Below, in pieces: positions 53,105 through 64,000 of a stretch of DNA of 64,000 nucleotides. The notes below the pieces were generated by a model. That model saw only the letters and a program-made list of their open reading frames with translations, was not told the origin of the DNA and did no database searches. The DNA lies in assembly GCF_006345805.1 (NCBI RefSeq), contig NC_042997.1, positions 124,001 to 188,000 on the forward strand. Direction: 5' to 3'. Both the position numbers and the translations under genes were made by a program. Position 1 is the first letter of the stretch. Every line of letters starts with the position of its first letter. The stretch is from Octopus sinensis. Lineage: Eukaryota.

Positions 53105-55965
53105 ATGTTTTGCAAACAATTTGCACATGCAAGTGCTACCTGTCGAAAGCTCCGCATACCGGAAGCCAGCGAGTGTATGGGGTCGTCAGGAGATAATGCG
53201 CACCGTTCGGGGCCTACCTCTCGATAGCATCATTGCGCAACCCCCCGCCTCAACGGTATGAAGCCCCGCTTGCTAGATCAACTGGTTATCAAATAATAAA
53301 GCTCAATACCCTTCTAGCCATCGATCAGCGTCTCTTTTTAACCAAAGCCAGTAGCTAGCCTTTTCCACTGTAGTTTGGATATCGTTCCTGGTGGTATTTA
53401 CTTTACGATGTGTTAGGCCTAACGATAACAACTGTCACCTCACACCGTGTCCAACGAATCCTCTACATCCAACTTCGATTGGAAAATGCTCCGCTTTCCA
53501 ACCTGCGTCTTCACATTCCTCGAGAAGGTTTACATAAAAGTCAATCTTGCGGGCCCGAGCGGCATCCATGTTATCTTCATGAGGAACCATTAATTTGACT
53601 AGATTCAGCACTTTCTTTCTTTTATACTACATGATATCAGTTTAGGTTTTTGTTACTGGGATGGGAAAGAATCCTTGGCACCCTGATAAATCAGCAGCCA
53701 CCTCCCAATAGCCGTTCCGCTTTTCATCGCTCACAGGAAGTTTCTTCTTGAAACGGATCTGCTGTCCTGGGCGCACGAAGGTAATGAAATCTCTGGTTTG
53801 TTCTTTCAACGGTATTTTCCCACTGTTGATGAAAGCTATTTGGTTCTTTATAGCATTGAATATAACCTTAAGAACCAGGTTTTATCTCCATATATATCTA
53901 TTCAATGGTAGCGAACAGTTGGAAAATATATGTTTCAGTGTTCCTATCCTTCTGCATTTGTATATATCATTCTCTGAGAGAATTTGTAGGCGATGGCAAA
54001 ACATCATAGGGTGAACGAATCAGAATACTTAACCATGATGTAGTCCACCTTCATATCTCATTCCAGCTTATTTTTCTCTCAACAAGATGTACCTCCTATC
54101 TCGTCATCTGTCCTTGTTGAGTGCATTGGATCAAATGAAGCTCTCTTCTCTCTGTTGCTCTTGATTTGACGCGGTTGCTAACAACAGATCTGCGTTCACT
54201 CCGCATCATACTTGCAAACGGTCTGAGCTGATCTGCGCCCAAACCATGTCCCTTCCGATGAATTTATGCTGCACCCATCATATCTCGGTGTGTAAGAGAA
54301 CAGAGAATGCCATCAGTCTTTGCTCCTGCTTTGCACTTCTTGGTCATTTTTACATCTGGTGGGTTACGCCTGATTCTTATGTCCTTTGACTCTCTCAGCA
54401 TCATCACAGCTCGTACTTTCCGTAGTTTATAAATTTCGACTGTTGACGCCAGTGGTAACTGCAACGAGCCTTTTTAACGATAGAGTTGAACTGTCCAGTA
54501 TCCAAGGTAGGCTTAGCCACTTTCTAATGAATATATTACATTTTTGTTCAACGATTTGATCTCGTGACAATGCTACCTCGTATATTAAAAGTAACCATGA
54601 AAGTCGCGGATACAAGCCGAACTGTAAGCACCAAATTTTATATTTACCTGGTATCTTTGTGTTATCAATTGCTGTTAATCCAACCTCAGCTTGTTTCATA
54701 ATAATCATCCCGCGACTCCTATCTGACAATGTTTCAGCATATACTCGGCCCAAGCACTTGAGGGGTTCTTCCTTGACTGTTGGAATGCTTTCTTCAGCTA
54801 TTTGAAACTTTAAACTATACTTCTTTTTGCACTTCCTTAATAAATGTCAGATTACGTAACTTTTTTGCTCTGAATCGCATCCTTGACCACTTCACAAGCT
54901 CTTCTAGCATCAAGAGGGCACTCTGCATGATCTGATTGTCTGTTGCTAGAAGTGTCACGTCATCTATGAAGGCCTTTCTAAAGTGACTTTACATGATTGA
55001 TTTGTTCCGAAATGTCCACTGCTTTCAAAATCATCTTCATGACTAAGATAAACCACGTGACAGATATTGTGCAGGCAGCAGCGATGCCAATCTCCAGTCA
55101 ATGCCAATCTATTGTAAAATGTCCAGCTGTAAACCTCATCTGGAAACTGTCATAATATATCCTCATTAATCTTGTTACCTTGTTTGGAATGTGGAAATGG
55201 TCCATGGTTATCATCAGTAATTGGTGTGGCTCTAGCCATATGCATTAGCTAGGTAAAGCCATACCACGTTCAGACTTGTCTTGTTCTGTTTGGCATCCTA
55301 GATCGCTTTCCAAATCGAAAAACAATGATAAACGCATCCAGGGACCCCAGTGATTCCGGCTTTTTGAACAGATTGATCATCATATCTATTACTCTGTAAA
55401 TATGCCACTGTTCTCCTTGAGAGAATACCCATAAAGATTTTGCTTTCCACATTCAATAAGAATATCGGTCTAAACTATTTTATAGTCCCTGCATTGACCT
55501 CCTTCGGCAGGTTATCAATTTGAGTTATCAGTTGCTGTTAATCCAACCTCGGCTTGTTTCACAATTTGCATCTGACAATGTTTCAGCATATACTCGCCTT
55601 CTGTCTTACCAATTCTCTACAAGAATTTCTTCGCGCCACAGCTGTCGGAGTAGGAAAAAGAGGTTCTTTCGCAGATGATTGAAATATTTGTATACTTTAT
55701 ACGAGACGCCATTAACTCCCGGAGCACTCTTTGCTCTAGCTTTTCTCAAGAAATCATTATTCACCTTTCTCCCTGTTGTCCCCAGTTTGAAATTCGATAT
55801 TAGGTTCTAAGAGATGCTTTAGCCTATTAATAAGTGGCAGTGGTGTGGATCACTGTAGGTGTCTTCGATACGATCGCCCAAGTGTTCTTTTGTGCACGAT
55901 AAGGTGCCATTCTTCCGTTCAGTGAACAGCTTAGAATTGGCAGTGCTAAAGGCAACCACAACTAT
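53105..55965 (-). mobile_element. Decayed HERO-type REL non-LTR retrotransposon (RT, CCHC knuckle, endonuclease, 3' UTR)
   Basis: Minus strand KARAKSAPGVNGVSYKVYK; FRPIFLLNVESKIF..DQSVQKAGITGVPGC; LNVVWLYLANAYG; LEIGIAAACTISV; KAFIDDVT; IPGKYKIWCLQFGLYPRLSWLL..IRKWLSLP; C..GTLKHIFSNC; LMVPHEDNMDAA..RL. Stop at 53303-53305. Many stops and frameshifts. Confidence 0.9.
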
Positions 55966-56869
55966 GCGATGGTGGAAACATTTATAGCCATCTACTCATT
56001 GATGATTGCTCCTCTAAATTGTATTGAGAAATCATTCTTGATATTTCTACTAGATCCTACATATATTCACTTCGTTTCACGTTGCTCTAGTCTACTGAGT
56101 TGATGAAAAATCTTATCCAGGAGTAAATACATACGCCATAGAAACCGACCCTATGAAATTATATGTAAATATTATTTTAGGTGGTGGCCCAGTATGGCGG
56201 CAGACAAGTGACTGAAACATGTAAGAGGTAACAGATATGATTACATGACCTGACTAGTCAGTCCTTGGTATAGATTCGAATCGGGGATTCTATACAGTTA
56301 GCATGTGCCGCTGCTCTAGCAACTTCATCAGTGTTGTCTACGATCCATATTAAAATAGCCTGGCCTGATTACGTTAACGAAGATGTCATCATCAGAGAGA
56401 CCATATTTAATTTTGAAAGAACGCTGTTCAAGAATTAATTGTAATAGATTGGCTTCTCTTAATTATAAATGATTTCAGAACACTAAAACGACTTCAGGAT
56501 ACCACATTTATATTTGAGAAATTCAAACGTATGTCTTGAACAACACTACCGATTCACACCATTTCCACATATGCATTACAACAGCTAAAAAACACTGGAT
56601 GAAACACATAGGTGTGGGTTCAAAACATTAAATTAAAATGTACACTAGAAGGCGAAATGGAGAGCAAAGGAAGAAAATAGATTCTGCTTTAATAACAATT
56701 ATTATTGCATTGGTATAATGAGACTCTAAAGTTCCTGCCTCTTAGTCGTCTAGTAATAACCAGATTCGAATAAACGCCTTTTCATTTGTAGAAAAATATC
56801 TAAGAACTCATAAAGTATGTATTTGTTGGCTATATTTATATTACTGGAGTATCGAAGTTTGAGAAAATA

Positions 56870-57350
56870 TTAAGGAAAAATATCCTCATGAAAAAGATTC
56901 CGGGAGTGTAGTACATGATGAAGGAGACCTTGCTCCACTCATATGAAATATTGCACCAAACAGAGTGCATAAAACAAAGCAAAGCATTGAAACAATATAA
57001 GAGTGAGCACTGGAGAATGAATAATATTCTTTAATATAGGCCGAACCTAAAATTCAATATGTTACTTATGAAAAGATGAAAAACAAGACATTTATTATCC
57101 GTACATCGGACAGCGAAAGAAACGTCAGTTCTTTTTTCACACATTGAAGACAAATGAGGAAAATGAACGTGAAATATTTTCTGAAGTTCCAATAGATTTA
57201 TTCCGTAGTACCAAGGTTGAAAACTATAAAGATCGCTTTGTGGCTTTACTCGAGGATGTATATGAAATGGAATATGAGTATGAAATCATAATTCACACAC
57301 AACTTTATTGTAAATCATATATGCTGAAGGAAGAGCAGTGAGAGAGATTT
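56870..57350 (+). pseudogene. Decayed DNA transposase remnant, possibly Chapaev3-like
   Basis: APL.MK.., KIQYVTYEKMKNKTFI, and STKVENYKDRFVALLEDVYEM..IIIH..EEQ*ERF parallel PPLHIKLG..KFP.LS.AK..G.F..GN.KAENY..LV..LL..SDEHGERF. The superfamily label is from memory. Confidence 0.4.
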
Positions 57351-57746
57351 TTGTTTTGACATTATACAAATGTTAGAAAGGTGACTAGAAAAATGGAATG
57401 CAAAAATTAACTACTGTTTTATTGTAGGCAAAGTTAACAAAGAAAAGAAATTTGCCTTCATATTGTGATAAAAACGTGATGAAATATAACGTCGAAATTT
57501 ACTGATTTCAACAAGGGAATCACCATTTAACTATATTTTTGATGACAACGTTGATAAGAAAGTGTTTGGTTTTTGCTACAGAATACATATCGCAAGAGAC
57601 TTCCTTTGTAAAGCACCAATTTTTTAATAGTTTTTTTTCGTTTATATCATGCGCTCATACACAAAAGAGTATATTCATATGTGTGTATTCATGGATGACT
57701 ATGTATGCGTACGTATCGGTGTGTGCATGTGCCTGTGTGGTAAGTG

Positions 57747-57806
<60 letters not shown>

Positions 57807-58639
57807 CTGTGTGTGTGTATGTGTGTGTGCGTGCGCGTGTGTGTAGATATGTGTATACATATCTTCTCTCTTGGAGAAAGAAAACTTTGCTGTAACACAC
57901 CTGCGAATTTTGTGATCCAATGATATAGAATTGTTCTTTTGTTTGCATCCAATGTTGAGTACAGAGAGGAATTAATCTTGTGTCAAGCTTTTCTCTCAAT
58001 TTAAGAGATTCACGCATGGGCGTTGCTTGATTTTCAAGATCATTGCTGTAAGTTGCTTACTATGGCTGGCCAATGCTAATAAGGGCAAAACACTCAATGA
58101 AAAATGCCATAGTGATATAAGGACATGCGTCAGCGTAGGTGGTAAACTCTAATTTCCATCCGCAAGATGAGTCCATCATTACCACATCTGAAAAAACAAG
58201 TGTAGGCCTATAGTCTGACTGAAAAACAACATCCACGATACTTACGTGTAAGAGAAGAGACATGCAATGGAATTACTCATACGCGAGTTTCAGCCACCAT
58301 CTGTATATTCTTTTATGCATTTCAGCCTAAAGGTTGGAGATTGAAGTAACATCACATTAGCAGCATATATATACCTTTTATTTGTTTCTTTACTTCTTTA
58401 GTTGTTTCAATAATTAAACTGTAGCCATGCTGGGGCATCTCCTTGAAGAACTTTAGTCGCAGGATTACTCCATTTTCTCGACTCAGTGGACTGGAAAAAT
58501 ATGAGATGAAGTGTTTTGCTCAGGAACACAACACGTCGCCGAGTGTGTGTTTGGAGTTGTCTATGAATATATATGTATCTCTGTGTATGCTTATATGTAT
58601 GTATATACATTCCAGAAAATACTGCTTCAGTGATAGGCG

Positions 58640-58715
58640 AATACAACTGGTAGCAAAGCACAAAATGTATCGAGCAATATTACTATCTAGTCTTTTGTAT
58701 GGTGCATAGATTCAA
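58640..58715 (+). pseudogene. RTE-type LINE fragment
   Basis: AKHKMYRAILLSSLLYGA, compared with TKLKVYRAVVLSTLLYG. Confidence 0.45.
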
Positions 58716-59559
58716 GAGACCAGGACCTCCGATGAAATTTTCAAGAAACCCTCAGCCAAACTGAAAATAAACTCTCAGATTATAAAGATATCAAGCGAAA
58801 AAGAAATCTAGTGGTATTATACATATATATATATATTTATATACAAATAATAAGAGAGAGTCCACCATGTGGTCACTCTAACGCTAGATATAGATACGCA
58901 AAGGGAATCCGCCACTAAAGAATTGTTCTCAAGAATTAATTCAACACGCCAAGAATGTAAGCGAGCAGGACAAATGAAAAATAACGAAAAAATAGATTAA
59001 CTCTATACAATTGTTTCATCGTTAATAGATTATGTAGTTTTACTTACATAAGTATTTTCGAATCGTCAGTAGAGTATATCAGAAATATAATTTGCTGAAC
59101 CGAACGGCAAAATCCACACGAAGCCGAACAAAGACGAACGGTACAGTCGATTATATTCGCAGTTACGTTCAAATGCCCTCATTCTGGCGCGTTAAATATC
59201 CGGATGTAAATACTACCCCAGTAATTTACTGCCGGTTTGAGAACATATTTTTATACGCTAGGCCACTTGGTGTTTTGAATTGATGTTATTAATTAATATT
59301 CAATTTTTTCACCCTTATTGTGATTTTAATTTATATATATATATTCACGCAATACCATGATTATTTCTTCTCTTGATATTTTCTATTTGTATGAATGTAA
59401 GTACGGTTTAGCTGTCAATGCAGCTGCATGCACTTCTTGCAAGTCCTTTTCCCGACTCATACATGATGTATACCATAATATTTCTATTAACATGACAGTA
59501 ATTAAACAAAGTTCAGGTTAAATTTGGTAGTTTGCATAAAAGGGGAATAAGAAAAGTAA

Positions 59560-60340
59560 TAACACGCTGTCCAATCCGAAAATTAAAGTATTTTAAAATA
59601 TCAGAAAACTATCATTTGATTATGGCTAGTTGATAGCAGCTTTCTAATACTAGCTACCCTCAGCTTCCACTCCAGCTTCTAGACGGCTCGGGAACCTGGC
59701 TCATACATTCCTCATTGTGTCCCTTGGAAGATCTTCGAGCATGTCCTTGATTCTTGGCACCAGCTCGGCCTTGGTATTACTGGCAAAGTGATTGGTGTCA
59801 ACCGCACCCCACACATAATCCATGGGATTATAATAGGGGGAATTATGAGGCCAATGTAGTTGTAGAAATTCTCTGACAACTACTTCTAATATTTTCCAGG
59901 AGGGGTGGCAAGTACCCAGTCCTGCTGCCACACATATAGCTTTTCAGTAGCAACCCTTTCCAGTCAGCATTCACTACATCTCCAGAAGTTTCACTTAGCT
60001 GACTGAATTGAACCTAAGTCACTGTTTAGCGATTGGGGGACGAACTCCGTACTGTGGACGTAGTCAGAATGCCTGCTGTATCATTTCCTGCTGGCTACGG
60101 TTAGTAGTCTCCGTTGCTGTCTATGCCATGTCTTACAGTCTTTATAGTGTTCACAGAGCAATTAGCAGTTGTCATGATGTCAGTGTCTACATATCCTGAA
60201 CGTATCGCCATGATATAGGTATCTCTTTTCCACTGTTCAAACGGCTTCCAGCGCTTTATATCAGCTAGTATTTGTTCCACTACAACTTTTAAATTTATGC
60301 TCTGCAATGCCGTTGACTGTTCACCAACACACTATGCTGT
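59560..60340 (-). mobile_element. Internally deleted maT-like (Tc1/mariner) transposon remnant
   Basis: N-terminal EQWKRDTYIMAIRSG..NTIKTVR and C-terminal WPHNSPYYNPMDYVWGAV..NTKAELVPRI..RFPSRLEA. TIRs were not found. Confidence 0.7.
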
Positions 60341-61803
60341 TTTTTTTGTAAAATGAGACATAAAGCATTGCGAAAAATAAACGATTACTTGCTTTGCATG
60401 TTATGTATCTTTAATGTTTCGGCCTTCAAAGTTCTATTGTTTTCTGTTTTGCTAGAGTTCATCAGAGAAAATATTATTTCAACGAATTGCTGACGAATGT
60501 AACAAGATAAATTATTTTGAAATTTGATAACGAATTATATTTTAAATTATGAAGTCCATCTCCCATGTCTTTTAACTTGTATTAGTATATTCAGAAATAT
60601 TTCTTGCAGGGTGAGGTGAATTGCTTGATGATTTCTGTTGCAGTTGCTGGGAAATGATCTGCTAGTAGAATCAGAGACATAGAAATATGCTGTAATCACA
60701 AGCTACATTCCCGTTTATTATTTTCAATTTAGCGATAATTCCCCTCTTCAATGAAAGGAAACTGTTTTTGTGATTTGAATAAAATGTTCTACAAGGAATT
60801 CCAAGCAAAGCAAACAGTTTTAAATCGTCTAGCTCTGATTTCATCATTAAAAGGTTCTTATTAATATTTTTGTAATTTATTTCATTGCTTGTGCCAGTTT
60901 CTGATAATTTAATGCTTTTCAGTAATTCGCATTCAATAAAGATACTCAAGAGAGTTTTAAATTCTTATGAGATTAAACACAGATGATGTAAACTGAAATC
61001 TTCAAAACAGAATTCAACAATCAGAAAATTAACACTCACACATATTGAAGAACATTAGTGTGTACTTGATTCCATGATTGCATATAAATTCTCTTGATGC
61101 CATCGGCCTTTACAGCTTTCCATGCATTTCGGTAATAAGGAGTAAAAGTTCAAACTGTTCTGTCACTCTAAAAAAGGTCTTTCTTGAGAAAGCCATTTTT
61201 GTTTGGGCAAGTCTAGAAATTCTTTTTCACGATACCTTCTTGAATAAGTGTAAACCCTCATTGTCTCTTGCTGCGAGAAGATTAAGGCAGTAAAACTTTC
61301 ACGAAGGCCTGTAAATCGAGTGCAATATGCTGACAGCATGATTAGCCCAAAGAGAGAAAGAACAATATATGCACATCATTTTTTAATGATGAAACATTTA
61401 TAGTGCATGTCATGAAAGAATAATCATGTATATTTTCCAGAGGAATATTTCTTTCCCCGCAAGGTAAATAGAGAGCATAGCAAAGACTGAGAAAACATTC
61501 CAGTCTTGATAATTACTGTAGCTAACAACGCGTCTACCAATTAATGAGTATTTACATCCAAGTATCTCGGAAAATAGTAAAAATTTGAGTAATTGAAATG
61601 TCTATGCCTTTATCAATTATGAGATATCGGTTATCACCTTCGTTATTAAAGTCTATTTCATCCTGAATGATATACGGAGGTCATTTGATTTTCATTGGTA
61701 AATTTACTGCAAACTTACGGTGCAGGAATTCGCTCATACATACATACATACATACATACATACACACACGCACACACACACACACAAGCACACACACACA
61801 CAT

Positions 61804-61846
<43 letters not shown>

Positions 61847-62559
61847 CACACACACATATGTATATATATATGACATAGATATTAATTATTATATTAATTT
61901 TAAATGAGTGTTTCTTCATTCACAAAGACTTCAAATAGAATTTTTTATGTATATGAACTGAGAAATAACCTTAGATATTGTAAGACAGATATTATCAGTT
62001 GATTGTGTCATTATTTCATATATTAATATGGCTTCAAAAAATATAGCGAGAAAGCTTGGCGGCAAATGGAATTCAGATTTTGTTTAAATCCCACTCATCA
62101 TTTTTTAACTCTATTCAAAAGTAACATAGCGACATATACATATTATACAAATACACGTGGCCTATTATTGTTTTAGAAACTGGAATTATTTTCAAAACTA
62201 TTTATCTGAGATGTGAAAAGAACCCAAATTACAAAGAATTTTCAGGTTATGGAACCCAGAATCCGAGGTGGTTACTGACGAAACTGGTTCCTCTCTGTGT
62301 GTGTGTGTGTGGGTATGTGTGATGGGTACCATTGGTGGTCTGACTGTACACTGTATCATTGACACATGGTGAGCATCAGCTACTAATTACTTTTTTTTTA
62401 CATCTTTGGCTTGTAAGTCTTATTTCCTATTCGCTCCTATCTAGAAATAAAAGGGAATGACTACTATTCCCTTCAAACTTGGCTCTTGTGATTTTGAAAT
62501 CAATGTTTTGATTGTATTACATTTAAAACAGAGTCAACGCTCAGTTTCTGAAGCAGAAA

Positions 62560-62750
62560 TATCGTTACAGCAAATATTCGGCTCAATACTACAGATTTGC
62601 TTGTCAGTTACTTGACCATAACCACTTGTCATGTCCCTTAGTGGTTGACAATATGAGCATCTCTGATCATGAGCAGCAGTAGTAAGGGAGCTTCATAGCC
62701 ATGTGTTACGAAGGATTATTTGGGTATTGAATAAATATAACAAAAGCAAA
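62560..62750 (+). mobile_element. Diverged copy of the 18271-18631 retroposon (5'-ward part)
   Basis: TTAGTGGTTGACAATATGAGCATCTCTGATCATGAGCAG..CATAGCCATGTGTT aligns to 18271-18335. Confidence 0.6.
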
Positions 62751-63358
62751 GTTTGAAGGAAATATTAGCCATTTTTCATATTTCCTAGGGGTAAACAAAT
62801 AGGAAAAAAATAAAAAGTTATCACCTAAGGACAAAAATCGTGTTACACACAGTTATAATGTTGTTTTCTAGCGGAACTATATCTCTGGCTAGGTAACCCT
62901 GCCGGGCACAAAGGATACATATGGTTAATTATATCGTGTTGAAATCTCAATTTATCTGGGTAGGGCAGGTATTTCGGATGTACTCCAGTCTGTTTAACAG
63001 TGAACCAAAATGTGGACTCTGCGGAAGAGGATTGCCGAGACTCCATAATAAGGATATGAAAAAAACATCTTGACGTGAATGCGTTTGCAGTGATAGTCTG
63101 CAAACGTTAGCGAAGGGTTAAAAAGAATGGAATAACATTGGAGGAATGGAATTACATAAAATAAGATGTAGAAGTAGATAAAAGCTCAAATAAGTACATC
63201 TACATCATGGTTGCAAGCAATATTCTGTGATAATGGTGACCAATTTTGTTATAACACTATTGGCCCCACGAGAGGGTGAAACATCGCTAATGATGTCTCA
63301 TTATATTTGAAAGAAAACTTTCCCCGATATATTTATACATACATATATACATATATAA

Positions 63359-63444
<86 letters not shown>

Positions 63445-63518
63445 TTGTGTTAGTGACGCAATTCTATCTCCTTGTATGAAGGTACATACCTACATATGTT
63501 TATCAATCTATCTGTCTG

Positions 63519-63562
<44 letters not shown>

Positions 63563-63576
63563 AATATCAAAAATAT

Positions 63577-63792
63577 ACTCTTTACTCTTTTACGCTTTTA
63601 CTTGTTTCAGTCATTTGACTGCGGCCATGCTAGAGCACCGCCTTTGCTCGAGCAAATCGACCCCGGGACTTATTCTTTGTAAGCCCAGTACTTATTATAT
63701 CGGTCTCTTTTGCCGTGACGGGGACGTAAACACACCACCATCGGTTGTCAAGCAATGCTAGGGGGACAAACACAGACACACAAACACACACC

Positions 63793-63824
<32 letters not shown>

Positions 63825-63995
63825 CATATATACGACAGGCTTCTTTCAGTTTCCGTCTACCAAATCCACTCACAAGCCATTGGTCGGCCCGGGGCTATAG
63901 CAGAAGACACTTGCCCAAGATGCCACGCAGTGGGATTGAACCCAGAACCATGTGGTTGGTTAGCAAGCTACTCACCACACAACCACTCCTGCGCC
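63577..63995 (-). mobile_element. SINE with internal microsatellite (copy E, full length)
   Basis: Reverse complement of copy C from head (GGCGCAGGAGTGGTTGTGTGGTGAG) to tail, with a CA/TA tract at about 63770-63832. Confidence 0.92.
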
Positions 63996-64000
63996 TATAC

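Noticed and set aside
60600-61330. Possible LINE or transposase remnant (ORF 60671-60949; PYYRNAWKAVKADGIKR)
   Set aside because: Only vague RTE-like echoes that are inconsistent between frames. It cannot be assigned without a search.

Overview
AT-rich, extremely microsatellite-dense metazoan DNA. The SINE families and TA/CA/TACA tracts look to me like octopus (cephalopod) repeats; this is an inference from recognition, not a search. I can support no host protein-coding exon, tRNA, rRNA or CRISPR array, and most ORF-track entries are translated microsatellites. The window is intergenic or intronic and packed with transposons. Retroelements: a young, GC-rich Penelope-like element (RT + GIY-YIG, 42.1-45.8 kb) ending in a variant minimal hammerhead ribozyme with a second solo copy at 29.5 kb, a young 5'-truncated R4/Dong element stacked with other TAA-tailed elements in a (GAT/AAT)n array, a decayed near-complete HERO LINE plus a 3' fragment, many fossil Penelope fragments, and five copies of a SINE with an internal microsatellite. 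DNA elements: Tigger, mariner and maT transposons, two non-autonomous Helitrons and a Helitron helicase remnant, and two fold-back elements. All peptide matches are from manual translation and remembered family consensus.
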